DNA of 64,000 nt from Methanomassiliicoccaceae archaeon (GCA_040776945.1 JAXGZN010000001.1:96001-160000), one strand, 5' to 3'; shown: positions 40,709 to 50,551, counted from the stretch's first letter. Program-made: numbers and translations. The notes: generated by a model from the sequence alone, not told the origin.

Positions 40709-41689
40709 CTAGAATTCAAGAAGAGATCGCTGGCCCTTGAGCAACGGCCGGGCCTCGATGCCCAGCCTGGCCTTGATCTCGTAGGCGAGGGAGTCCGCGA
40801 ACCCGTGGTGGGTGATGACCATCTCCGGCTCGCACGCTTTGACGAAGGACATCAGATCGTTGAAGTCGGCGTGATCGGAGAACGGGAACGCCTCGTCCAC
40901 GCCCAGGCGGGCCTTGTACCCGCTGTCGATGGCCCATCCGGACACCGCCAGCCGCTTGGTGTTCCTCTTCCGCAGGACCTGAGCGTTCTCCGTCCGGTTC
41001 AGCCACGGCGAGCAGATGACCACGAACGCGTCGTCGGGACCGTCCCCATCCCACAGCCGGCACTCCAGCGGGTCCTCATCACTGCGCACCAGGGAGGTGG
41101 CGTTGAACACCGAACGGTCCGCGAACGGCTGGAACTCGCTGAGGACCCGGAGCATGTCCTGGGACTTGCCGAAGGGGTAGGCGTACAGCGATACCGGACG
41201 TCCCTGGGCGAGATTGTCCTCGACCTCGTCCCGGACCAGCGAGGCGATGAGGTCGCTGGGCGGGAACACGTAGCGCGGCTTCCCGTACGTGGACTCGATG
41301 ATCAGCACGTCCGTCCTCACCGGACGAGCGCCGAGGTTCCCGCAGCGGTCCCTGGTGCACAGGTCCCCGGTGTATAGCACCTGGCGGCCATTGACCTCGA
41401 CCTGGAACATGCGGGACCCGGCCATGTGCCCGGCGTCGAACATCTCGATGCCGTCGGCCGGGGCGGCGGCCACCTGCTTCTTGCTCCGATCGTTCAGGCA
41501 GCGCAGGGTGGTCTCCGAGGCCACTACCTTGGAACCGGCGGCCACGCGCTTGGGCAGGTGGTCCGAATGAGCGTGGGAGATGCAGAAGGTGCCGCAGGCC
41601 TCGATGACGTCAGCGTCAAAATGATACTCCTCGCTACCCAGGACCTCTACGCCATTCCCCAGGCGTATGGTCAGCGCTCTCCCCGGCAT
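40709..41689 (-). CDS. MBL-fold / beta-CASP nuclease
   Basis: SHAHSDH, AGHMAGS, YTGD, ESTYG, SDHADF, HG. Confidence 0.88.
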   Translation of the reverse strand: MPGRALTIRLGNGVEVLGSEEYHFDADVIEACGTFCISHAHSDHLPKRVAAGSKVVASETTLRCLNDRSKKQVAAAPADGIEMFDAGHMAGSRMFQVEVNGRQVLYTGDLCTRDRCGNLGARPVRTDVLIIESTYGKPRYVFPPSDLIASLVRDEVEDNLAQGRPVSLYAYPFGKSQDMLRVLSEFQPFADRSVFNATSLVRSDEDPLECRLWDGDGPDDAFVVICSPWLNRTENAQVLRKRNTKRLAVSGWAIDSGYKARLGVDEAFPFSDHADFNDLMSFVKACEPEMVITHHGFADSLAYEIKARLGIEARPLLKGQRSLLEF

Positions 41690-41891
41690 CCCGGTTTCGA
41701 TGCTGGATAGAGTAGTTAAAGGTATCTACACGGCCTAAGCGGCCGGCGAAAGGTGCCTTCCGCGTAGAGGCCACTAGGGCTCAGAAAAAGATGTGCTTGG
41801 CCGGGGACGACGGTAACCCTGGCTCGGACCCGCTCATCCGACGGGGTCGCTCAATCGGCCCTTTGACAAGGCTTCCGGCGAACGCGGCGAT

Positions 41892-42077
41892 CTAGCTCTG
41901 CAGCTTCATGGGGCTGCCGCAGCAGTCGAAGGAGCATCCATGCGAGCACCCGCAGGATTCCTCCGTCGACGGGGTCTGGGTGCCGCACTCGCTGCACTCC
42001 TTCATTACCTTCAGCTCCAATCCGCAGCTCTCGCAGATGTATACTTCGTTAATCTTCATCTCGTTGCAGCTCGGCAT
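41892..42077 (-). CDS. Small Cys-rich protein (desulforedoxin/metallothionein-like)
   Basis: YICESCGLEL...CCGSPM; 10 Cys in 61 aa. Confidence 0.7.
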   Translation of the reverse strand: MPSCNEMKINEVYICESCGLELKVMKECSECGTQTPSTEESCGCSHGCSFDCCGSPMKLQS

Positions 42078-42169
42078 TTTCGATCCTCGGATGAACTACG
42101 TCGCCGGGGCCTAGATAAGTCTATCCCGACGCTACGCTAGCTACCCGAAGGAGCACAATTCTCACATCG

Positions 42170-42540
42170 ATAAGATGACAGAGCAGGAGCTCGCGCCGAA
42201 TTGTTTCGAGATCCTTTGCTACAAAGGGCGGATTGGTTAGAGTTCGACCACACGGTGTAGGGCGAACGGCTTAGGGACGAGAAACTGAGGTCGCTCTATC
42301 ATGCTCGACCATATCTCATCACCCTTGTGGAGTTCAGAAGATCAGCAACGACTGCTTCGTTTCATACAAGGGAAGCAAGTATTCGGTGCCGTGGCAGTAC
42401 GCCGGACGTGAGTGCTAGTCGCACGTGCGCTTCATAAATCTTCGTATGGTCGACGACGAGGTTGTCGCCGGGCATGAGGTCGTGCCTGGATCCCGGACCA
42501 TCAGGGTGAAGGAGCATTTCGCCGGCCGATGGGCGTGAAG
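42170..42540 (+). pseudogene. Degraded IS21-family transposase (IstA C-terminal) remnant
   Basis: Frameshifted fragments CFVSYKGSKYSVPWQYAGRE (about 42353-42412) and EVVAGHEVVPG..RVKEHF; boundaries approximate. Confidence 0.7.
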
Positions 42541-42549
42541 AGTGACTAG

Positions 42550-42767
42550 AGCCTTATGCCAATTAATATCTAAAGGTTGATAATAACATTGCTTGACCTA
42601 TCGCCGGCATTAGTATAATTAAGGGCCTATGGGCAAGCCCTAAGCACTGTCTGCCAACAATCGGCCCATCCTTGTATATTCAATGCCCCTGCACGTTCCC
42701 AGCCCACCGGAAATGAAGGGCTACTTTCGGGCACCTCCCCCGGCCTCTGATTAATAACCATAAGGCT
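42550..42767. repeat. 18-bp imperfect inverted repeat flanking about 180 bp
   Basis: AGCCTTATGCCAATTAAT (42550-67) vs ATTAATAACCATAAGGCT (42750-67): 15/18 complementary. Confidence 0.55.
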
Positions 42768-42784
42768 GAGAGGATAGTGAGAGA

Positions 42785-43516
42785 ATGAGCATAGCGACCA
42801 GGGAAGCGGGCGAGCTGAAGGTCATGCCTCGACCGGAGGGCGACTTTCAGAGCATGGTCCGCACCTCGATCCCTACGCTGGACGCGTTCTTCGGCGGGCT
42901 GCGGCCGAGTTGCATGACCCTCATCGACTCCTCCGACCGCCTGGTGTTCGACCTCACCCACATATTGTGCGTGAACGGGGTCAGCACCCTGAGCCGGGAT
43001 GCGGTGTGGGTGGACGGCGGGAACTGCGTGGACCCCTACGAACTGGGCAGGATATGCCGGCGCTTCGGGCTGGACCGGACGGAGATCTTGGACAGCATCA
43101 GCGTGGCCAGGGCGTTCACCGCCTACCAGCTCGTGTCGCTGATCGATGAGCGGCTGGAAAGCGAGGTCCAACGGACCGGCGCGGGAATGGTCATCGTGTC
43201 CTGCCTGCCAGACATGTTCCAGGACAAGGAGATGCGCTGGTCCGAGTCGTACCAGCTCATAAGGCGGTGCGTGGAGCGCCTTCAGGAAGTCTCCCGGAGG
43301 GAGGGAACGGCGACGCTGATCACCAACCACGGCCTGATGAAGATCCTGCAGCGCAAGAGCCTGAAGAACCTGCTGTACGGGGCGGCGGACGAGATCCTGC
43401 GCATCGAGAACGCCGCAGGCTGTTTGCGAATGACCTTGCCCAATAGCCAGGAATCGATGCTGTACCACGCGGTGCCGCACAACCAGACCACTCTGGAGGA
43501 GTTCGTGGGGCGATAA
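42785..43516 (+). CDS. Inactive RecA/RadA-like protein (PolB2-associated)
   Basis: TSIPTLDAFFGG, VDGGNCVDPY, ARAFTAYQ; no Walker A. Confidence 0.8.
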   Translation: MSIATREAGELKVMPRPEGDFQSMVRTSIPTLDAFFGGLRPSCMTLIDSSDRLVFDLTHILCVNGVSTLSRDAVWVDGGNCVDPYELGRICRRFGLDRTEILDSISVARAFTAYQLVSLIDERLESEVQRTGAGMVIVSCLPDMFQDKEMRWSESYQLIRRCVERLQEVSRREGTATLITNHGLMKILQRKSLKNLLYGAADEILRIENAAGCLRMTLPNSQESMLYHAVPHNQTTLEEFVGR

Positions 43517-43517
43517 C

Positions 43518-43757
43518 ATGGGACGGACCGTGCCGACGTACCGGATGACACTGGAGTCGATCATACAGAGCTGGGCCGACTTCCGCCGGGCGCTGCCCCG
43601 GGAGGACCGGGAGGCGTTCGATCACATGGTCAATCGTGCGAGGATGCACGCCTCCGCATCGACCTACGCCGCGTTCTCCGACCCGGTGGAGGGCGCGCTG
43701 CTGTCCATACTGCTGGAGCAGGAGAAGGAGATACGGCGCTTGAAGGGACGGCCATGA
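43518..43757 (+). CDS. Small conserved PolB2-associated protein (arCOG07300-like)
   Basis: MGRTVPTYR..FRRAL..EDREAFD; located between the RecA-like gene and PolB2. Confidence 0.8.
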   Translation: MGRTVPTYRMTLESIIQSWADFRRALPREDREAFDHMVNRARMHASASTYAAFSDPVEGALLSILLEQEKEIRRLKGRP

Positions 43758-45946
43758 ACGGCTGGGTCCTGGACTGCTACGCCGACATGGCAGAGAACCG
43801 CATGGTCACCTGGGTGAGGACCAACCACGGCGTGGAGAGGGTGGTCGAGGACTTCGTGCCCCGCATATACGTGCAGGCTCCGAAGGACAGGTTGGAGAAG
43901 CTGAGGGGCGATCTCGCGCTCATCGGGGTGGACGATACCTCGGTGGTCCGCCGCCGCACCGGGCTGGGCGAGCGCGAGCGCGAAGTGCTCTCGGTGGCGG
44001 TCCGTGACTACTCGGCGATACAGCCCCTGGCGGTGACCATCGACTCGTGGGGCGACTACCGCCGCAACCTGCTGTACGACGTCGACCTGCGCATGGACCA
44101 GCGGTACTTCCTGAGGAAGGGCATCTTCGGCATGGGCCTGGTGGAGCTTCCTGGCCTGAGGTCCCTGGACTCCAACCTGCGCATCGATTATCCCATACCG
44201 TCGCTGAGCTCGATCGAGCTTCGGGTACAGACGAAGGGCGTGGGCATACCTACCTTCGACGACCCCATCACCTCGGTGGAGGTGAACGACATTGTGCTGG
44301 ACGGTCCAGAGGGCTCGATCTTGGAGCAGCTCCAGGATCTCGTGAGGGCGGAGGACCCGGACATCATATACACGGCCAAGGGCGACAGCTTCTACCTCCC
44401 GTACCTGAGGAAGCGGGCGGCCGAGAACGGCATGGAGCTGGAGCTCGGACGGGAGAGAGGAGAACGAACTTCGAGGGGAAAGAGCTTCTTCACCTACGGC
44501 CGCATCGTGTACAAGCCGCCTGGCCACAAGCTCCGAGGCCGGGTGCACATCGATCGCGAGTCGTCCTTCACCTTCCGGGAGAGCGGCCTCCACGGCCTCA
44601 TCGAGCTCTCCCGGCTGTCCATGATCCCGCTGCAGGACGTCTCTCGACTATCGCCGGGCAGCGCCATCAGCGCGATGCAGGTGAACGAGGCAGTGCGCAC
44701 CGGGCATGTCATACTGTGGAAGAAGAACCGGCCGGAGGACTTCAAGACCGCCGGAGCGTTGATAGTCTCGGACCGCGGGGGGTTCATCTACGAGCCCCGT
44801 GTGGGAGTGCATGACGGAGTGTGGGAGGTCGACTTCTTCTCCCTCTATCCGAGCATCATGGTGGCACACAACATCTCCCCGGAGACGGTCATGTGCTCCT
44901 GCTGTCCCCGCTCCTCGCGCACGGTGCCGGAGCTCGGGTATCGCATCTGCGAGAAGCGAACGGGGCTCGTGCCCCGCGTGCTGGTGCCGATACTCAACCG
45001 CCGCCGGGCGTACAAGGAGCTGAAGAAGCAGGGCGGTCACAAGGGCGATATGTACGATCAGCGAGCCAAGGCGCTGAAGTGGGTCCTGGTGACATGCTTC
45101 GGTTACACTGGATACCGCAACGCCCGCTTCGGCCGCATCGAGTGCCACGAATCCATCACCGCCTTCGGGAGGGACATCCTGATGCGGTCGGCGGACATCG
45201 CCGAGCGGCGTGGCTTCGAGGTGCTGCACGGAATCGTGGACTCGTTGTGGCTGAAGGGTGACGGCAACATCCGCTCGTACTGTGAGGAGATCGGCCGGGA
45301 GATCGGCATCCCGCTCAACCTGGAAGGACGGTACGAGTGGATCGTCTTCCTGCCCAACATCTCCACGGGCGTCGGCGCGCTGAACCGCTACTACGGCAAG
45401 TTCGAGGGCGGCGAGCTGAAGGTCCGGGGCATCGCCGTCCGGCGGAAGGACACCCCCACACTGGTGGAGGACCTCCAGCATGACATGCTTAAGCATCTCT
45501 CCGCCGCGGGCGACGCGCCGGAGTTTGAGGAGCTCATCCCCTCGTCCCTCGAGGTCCTCGACCGCCACGCTGAGGAGGTGCGCTCCGGGACGGTGTCCAG
45601 GGACCGGCTGGTGATGAGGAAGAGCATATCCAGGAAGCTCGAGGAGTACGTGCAGTTCAACGACTCGGTGGCCGCGCTCCGCCAGCTCCGCGACCGGGGC
45701 TTCGAGCTGCAGCCCGGGCAGTCGGTGGAGTACCTCATAATGGACTCAAAGAGCAGGAGCTCGTGGCAGCGGGTCCGGGCCGCGCCATTCCTGGATGGCG
45801 ACGAGAGGTACGATGCCGAGCGATATGTGGACCTCGCGCTTCGGGGCGCAGCGGAGCTGCTCTCCCCCTTCGGGTGGAACTATCAGCAGCTGCGGGACCG
45901 GGACGACCGCAGGAGATCAAAGCATCGACAGGAGCGCTGCCTTTAG
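43754..45946 (+). CDS. Family B DNA polymerase, PolB2/Dpo2 type
   Basis: DFFSLYPS, KWVLVTCFGYTG, HGIVDSLW, KVRGI; degenerate exonuclease domain. Confidence 0.9.
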   Translation: MNGWVLDCYADMAENRMVTWVRTNHGVERVVEDFVPRIYVQAPKDRLEKLRGDLALIGVDDTSVVRRRTGLGEREREVLSVAVRDYSAIQPLAVTIDSWGDYRRNLLYDVDLRMDQRYFLRKGIFGMGLVELPGLRSLDSNLRIDYPIPSLSSIELRVQTKGVGIPTFDDPITSVEVNDIVLDGPEGSILEQLQDLVRAEDPDIIYTAKGDSFYLPYLRKRAAENGMELELGRERGERTSRGKSFFTYGRIVYKPPGHKLRGRVHIDRESSFTFRESGLHGLIELSRLSMIPLQDVSRLSPGSAISAMQVNEAVRTGHVILWKKNRPEDFKTAGALIVSDRGGFIYEPRVGVHDGVWEVDFFSLYPSIMVAHNISPETVMCSCCPRSSRTVPELGYRICEKRTGLVPRVLVPILNRRRAYKELKKQGGHKGDMYDQRAKALKWVLVTCFGYTGYRNARFGRIECHESITAFGRDILMRSADIAERRGFEVLHGIVDSLWLKGDGNIRSYCEEIGREIGIPLNLEGRYEWIVFLPNISTGVGALNRYYGKFEGGELKVRGIAVRRKDTPTLVEDLQHDMLKHLSAAGDAPEFEELIPSSLEVLDRHAEEVRSGTVSRDRLVMRKSISRKLEEYVQFNDSVAALRQLRDRGFELQPGQSVEYLIMDSKSRSSWQRVRAAPFLDGDERYDAERYVDLALRGAAELLSPFGWNYQQLRDRDDRRRSKHRQERCL

Positions 45947-47500
45947 TCCCAGGAAGTACAGCGCCGACGGGACCAGGAGACACCCGACCAGGTGCACCCT
46001 GCCCACGCCGAGGCGGGGCGGGAGGGTGCCAAGGAAGGTCGCGATGGCGAGGACCAGCAGCCCGGGCAGGCCGCAGAACGCGAACACCAGGGCGACGATC
46101 AGGACGAGGATCGCACGGTTGAGGAGGCGCAGGTCCGCGCCGGCGGCCTGGCGGGCGAACCTGGCGCCGAGCGCGATGGTCAGATGATAGGACACGACCG
46201 CGGACACGAGGACCGATACCAGGAGAAGAGGGAACCATGGAGAGGGGGGAGCGATGAGCTCCGCGCCGCTCCGCCCCAGGACGTCCTTCGCCGCCAGCAT
46301 GGCGCCGGAGCGGCCCTTGAACGCCAGCGCTAGAGCCAGCAGGCCGAGCACGGTGGACGATGTGCCGACCGCCGACACCATGGTCAGGTAGCTCCTGGTA
46401 GCCCGCTCATCGCTGCCCCTCCGCCGGTCGAGGGCCGAGGCGATGATGACCCCGGTGGTCGACGAGATGCCGGGGAACCAGCCTACCAGCGCACCGGAGA
46501 GCGCCCCCCGGATGCCGGACCCCAGGTCGTTGTCGCCGCTGATCTCGCGGTCCTGCGGCGGTATCGAAGAGCTGTGGAGGGAGGCGATGATCGACGGCAG
46601 TCCGAACAGGCCGGTGAGCAGCGGGAAGAGTATGCTCTGGTCCATGCCCACGAAGAGGTCCGAGAGCGGCAATCGAGCCTCGGTGCAGATGATGCCCAGC
46701 GTGCCGGACAGCAGCAGCAGGATGATTGCCAGCGCTCTCTCCCGGCGCGCTGATCGCCGGACGGACCACCGGCCGCACACCGTAACCTGACCTTGAAGAC
46801 GGCGCGCCCCCCTCAGCCTCCATCGGCCATGCTGGGTGCGAAGGTGCCGGGCCCCGAGCGCGCCTGTCTCCACCGTCCCGGAGAGCGCTGCCGGAGCGTG
46901 GTCCACCGGGACCGGCCGGACCAGGCTCACCATCGGCCCGATGGGGGAGGACGATGCGACGATTATGCTGGCCTCCAGCCGCCGCCCCCGCTCGGACAGC
47001 ACCAAGGCCGCCAGGGCGATCACCACCACCGCCGGGGTGGCCGCGTCCAGCAGGGGGAGCAGGCTCAGCGGCGGCCCGAGGACGAGAGATAGCGGAAAGC
47101 ACGCCGCCACCGCCGCGGCCGCGCCCACCAGGCTGCCGTAGGCCGAGCACATGACCGCCTCCAGCCCTTGGCCTTGTAGCAGCATGCGGTGGCCGGGGAG
47201 GACGCTCAGTGCGGTCCCCTCGTCCGGTGCCCCCAGGAACATGGACGGCAGGAAGTCGAGGAAGGAATGTGCCACCGCCGCGGAGACGATCACCGCGACG
47301 AGAAGCACCGGGGCGCCTTCGTTCGGGACGCCCATCTCCATGCAAGCTCGTTCCAGGAGCGGGAGCGCCGCGGGGGCCGAGGCCGCCAGCACCAATGCCA
47401 GGGTGTTGACGTGGATCCCCGGCGCGATACCGGTGAGAGAGCCCAGGCCCGCTCCCAGCAGCGAGATGTACGCCACGGCGAGAAGGACAGAGAACTCCAC
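45917..47500 (-). CDS. TctA/DUF112 tripartite tricarboxylate transporter-type permease
   Basis: TGIAPGIHVN, FLPSMFLGAPD..VLPGH, PLLTGLFG. Confidence 0.85.
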   Translation of the reverse strand: MEFSVLLAVAYISLLGAGLGSLTGIAPGIHVNTLALVLAASAPAALPLLERACMEMGVPNEGAPVLLVAVIVSAAVAHSFLDFLPSMFLGAPDEGTALSVLPGHRMLLQGQGLEAVMCSAYGSLVGAAAAVAACFPLSLVLGPPLSLLPLLDAATPAVVVIALAALVLSERGRRLEASIIVASSSPIGPMVSLVRPVPVDHAPAALSGTVETGALGARHLRTQHGRWRLRGARRLQGQVTVCGRWSVRRSARRERALAIILLLLSGTLGIICTEARLPLSDLFVGMDQSILFPLLTGLFGLPSIIASLHSSSIPPQDREISGDNDLGSGIRGALSGALVGWFPGISSTTGVIIASALDRRRGSDERATRSYLTMVSAVGTSSTVLGLLALALAFKGRSGAMLAAKDVLGRSGAELIAPPSPWFPLLLVSVLVSAVVSYHLTIALGARFARQAAGADLRLLNRAILVLIVALVFAFCGLPGLLVLAIATFLGTLPPRLGVGRVHLVGCLLVPSALYFLGLKAALLSML

Positions 47501-47592
47501 GAGCCTCCCTCTGCGGGAGGCATGAAATCACTAGCTCCTACGCTTAGCCTGCATCTAGTGTTTTAAAGCATAGTTGGAATACCGTTGTTCAC

Positions 47593-48507
47593 ATGCCGGT
47601 GGTCTCCGCAAGAAAGCTCGTTAAGAGATACGATGGGTTCCTGGCCGTCGACCACATCGACTTCGACATCGAGGAGGGGGAGATCTTCGGCTTCCTCGGG
47701 CCCAACGGGGCGGGCAAGAGCACCACCATGCGCATGGTCCAGGGAGTGTCGCCGGTCACCTCCGGGAAACTGGAGGTGCTGGGCATGGACATCACTCGCC
47801 GCAGCAAGGAGATCAAGGCCCTTATCGGGGTGGCGCCCCAGGAGGATAACTTGGACCCGGACTTCCCGGTCGTGCGGAACCTCACCACTTACGCCCGCTA
47901 CTTCCGCATTCCCGCCGAGGAGGCGGAGAAGCGGGCCAGGCGGCTGCTGGAGTTCATGCAGCTCGAGGAGAAGGCCGACGCGGAGATCGAGGAGCTGTCC
48001 GGCGGGATGAAGCGGCGGCTCATCGTGGCCAGAGCGCTGATCAATGAGCCTCGACTGCTCATACTGGACGAGCCGACCACCGGGCTCGACCCCCAGGCCC
48101 GACACCTCATCTGGGAGCGCGTCCGCGAACTCAAGAGGAACGGCGCCACCATCATCCTCTCGACCCACTACATGGACGAGGCAGAGCAGCTCTGCGACCG
48201 GCTGGTGATCATGGAGAACGGGCGGTTCCTCGTTGAGGGAAGGCCCAAGGATCTTATCCAGCAGGTCGTGGGCCCCTGCGTCCTGGAGATCATCGATCCC
48301 GAGGAGGGCAGGGACATCGAGAGCTATCTCGTGTCCGTCGGCGCCCAGGTGGAGCGCTCGGCCTACCGCATCTACGCCTACTCCAAGCAATGCCAGACCA
48401 TTCAGTCAGGGTTCCGTGAGCGATTCCCGGACACCTATTCAACGGTTCGCTCGGCGACGCTCGAGGACGTGTTCCTGCGGCTCACCGGCAGGAGGTTGAG
48501 AGAATGA
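47593..48507 (+). CDS. ABC exporter ATP-binding protein (NodI-like)
   Basis: GPNGAGKST, LSGGMKRR, LDPQARHLIWE. Confidence 0.92.
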   Translation: MPVVSARKLVKRYDGFLAVDHIDFDIEEGEIFGFLGPNGAGKSTTMRMVQGVSPVTSGKLEVLGMDITRRSKEIKALIGVAPQEDNLDPDFPVVRNLTTYARYFRIPAEEAEKRARRLLEFMQLEEKADAEIEELSGGMKRRLIVARALINEPRLLILDEPTTGLDPQARHLIWERVRELKRNGATIILSTHYMDEAEQLCDRLVIMENGRFLVEGRPKDLIQQVVGPCVLEIIDPEEGRDIESYLVSVGAQVERSAYRIYAYSKQCQTIQSGFRERFPDTYSTVRSATLEDVFLRLTGRRLRE

Positions 48508-49307
48508 GCTGGCTCTCCAACATCGATTACGGCGCGGTGTTGGTGTGGAGGCGCAACGCCGACGTGTTCTTCAAGACCTGGAAGACGAACTTCCTGCCCT
48601 CCATCCTGGAGCCGCTGCTGTATCTGGTGGCCATGGGCGCGGGGCTGGGCGGGCTGATCGTAGGCCTGAAGTACGCGGGGCAGGACATCGGCTATGTGCG
48701 CTTCCTCGCCCCTGGCCTGGTGGCCATCTCCATAATGTACGGAGGGTTCTTCGAGTGCACCTATGGTTCGTTCGTCCGGATGCACTACCAGAAGACGTTC
48801 GATGCCATCGTGGCCACGCCGGTCAGCCTGGAGGACGTCATCGCCGGCGAGATCCTGTGGGGGGCGAGCAAGAGCTTCCTCAACTCCACCATCGTGCTGC
48901 TGGTGATCCAGGTCATGGGCCTGACCTTCGTCCCGGAGGTGCTGTTCGCCGCGCCGACCGCGCTCGCCGTTCCGGCGCTGGCCTTCCTCGGAGGGCTTAT
49001 GTTCTCGGCCATCGCCATGATCTTCACCGCGCTGGTGCCCAACATCGACTCGTTCAACTATCCGTTCTACCTCCTGGTCACCCCCATGTTCCTGCTGGGA
49101 GGGACGTTCTTCCCCATATCGCAGCTGGGCGCGGCGGAGCCGCTGGCGTACATATTCCCCCTCACCCATGTCAGCATCCTGGTGAGGGACATGAGCCTCG
49201 GGCTGGTCAGATGGGTCGACCTCGCGTCCTTCATCTATGTGCTGGCGGCCGTCGTGGTGACCTTCATCCCGGCGGTCTATCTCATGAGGAAGCGGCTGAT
49301 CAAGTGA
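48504..49307 (+). CDS. ABC-2 permease (NodJ-like)
   Basis: VWRRN, YGSFVRMHYQKTFDAI, GTFFP. Confidence 0.9.
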   Translation: MSWLSNIDYGAVLVWRRNADVFFKTWKTNFLPSILEPLLYLVAMGAGLGGLIVGLKYAGQDIGYVRFLAPGLVAISIMYGGFFECTYGSFVRMHYQKTFDAIVATPVSLEDVIAGEILWGASKSFLNSTIVLLVIQVMGLTFVPEVLFAAPTALAVPALAFLGGLMFSAIAMIFTALVPNIDSFNYPFYLLVTPMFLLGGTFFPISQLGAAEPLAYIFPLTHVSILVRDMSLGLVRWVDLASFIYVLAAVVVTFIPAVYLMRKRLIK

Positions 49308-49866
49308 TCCGGTCCACGACCACCAGGCGGCCATTGCGGACCTCTACCTTCACCAGCGCGCGTACGGGAACGCCGAACTCGCGCTCCAGCTTCTCGCCGG
49401 CGCTCCCCTTCTCGACGGCGACCAAGACCTCCGCGATCTGTGCTCCGGCCCGCTTAAGGGCCAGAAGGATGGGCCTGAGCGTACCGCCGGTGGACAGCAC
49501 GTCGTCGATGATCATCACGCGCTCTCCCATCCTCACGTCGTTGATGTACATCGATCCTTTGGAGTAACCGGTGGACCTTCCTATCTCGACCTCGCCCAGA
49601 AGGCCGTACCTCCGCTTCCGAGCGACCACGTAAGGTATGCCAGTGCGCAAGGATATGATCGCACCGAGAGGTATGCCCATAGCCTCCGGCGCGAGGATGA
49701 TGTCACAGTCCAGGGAACTGAACCGCAGCATCGCTCCGACAACCTCTTCCAGAACCGCAGGCTCGACCCTGGGCACCCCGTCGGTGATCGGATGTATGAA
49801 ATATTCGTATCCGCCGACGTTGACTATCGGAGCAGCCTCCAGGCTCGATATGAAGCGTTCCATCAT
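49300..49866 (-). CDS. hpt: Hypoxanthine/guanine phosphoribosyltransferase (methanogen type)
   Basis: YFIHPITDGVP, EAMGIP, IIDDVLSTGGT. Confidence 0.85.
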   Translation of the reverse strand: MMERFISSLEAAPIVNVGGYEYFIHPITDGVPRVEPAVLEEVVGAMLRFSSLDCDIILAPEAMGIPLGAIISLRTGIPYVVARKRRYGLLGEVEIGRSTGYSKGSMYINDVRMGERVMIIDDVLSTGGTLRPILLALKRAGAQIAEVLVAVEKGSAGEKLEREFGVPVRALVKVEVRNGRLVVVDRIT

Positions 49867-49882
49867 GCTCTGCCCGCCGCGC

Positions 49883-50551
49883 CTACTTACCGTCTAGCCT
49901 GGTCCATCCGTTCTTGGTCTTGACGACCTTGCCCTCCGCCTTGAGCTCCTTGACGGTGGACCGCACCAGGGAGAGGGGGACATCGATCTTGAACTGGGAC
50001 CTGAAAGCCCGCTGGATCTCCGCCTCGTCTTTGGCCTCGGCAAGCGTCTTGGGCAACAGCGTACGCATGTCCTCATGAAGGTTCCAAGGGAAGATGAACC
50101 ATGTCCATCTCCCCTCTGGGATGTGTATGGAATAGAAGTCGGGCTCCATTTTCGAGTGCCCGATGTGCAGCAAGGTGGAGGTCTTGATCTCCCGCGGGCG
50201 CTTCTTGAACAGGTGGGCAGTGGCCAGAGTGAGGGACTCTCCGGTGTCCGTGATGTCATCGACTATCAGGACCGCCTCGTCCTTCACGTCCACGCTAAGC
50301 TCCTGGGTCAGCAGCGCCTTACCGTCCTGGTTGGCGGTCACGCCCCAATGTTCGGTCTTCACCGCGTAGAGCTTCCTGACGCTGAGGATGTCGCAGAGCA
50401 ACCTCGCGGGGACCCATCCCCCGCGGGTCAGCCCGACGACCACCGTCGGCTCGAAGCCGCTGGCCCTGACCTGCCTGGCGACATCTGCGGTCCACTTGGC
50501 GATCTCATCGAAACTGACCAACTTGCATCTGAAGCTCTCGACATATCCCAT
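49883..50551 (-). CDS. Purine phosphoribosyltransferase family protein
   Basis: GLTRGGWVPA, IVDDITDTGES, FIFPW. Confidence 0.88.
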   Translation of the reverse strand: MGYVESFRCKLVSFDEIAKWTADVARQVRASGFEPTVVVGLTRGGWVPARLLCDILSVRKLYAVKTEHWGVTANQDGKALLTQELSVDVKDEAVLIVDDITDTGESLTLATAHLFKKRPREIKTSTLLHIGHSKMEPDFYSIHIPEGRWTWFIFPWNLHEDMRTLLPKTLAEAKDEAEIQRAFRSQFKIDVPLSLVRSTVKELKAEGKVVKTKNGWTRLDGK

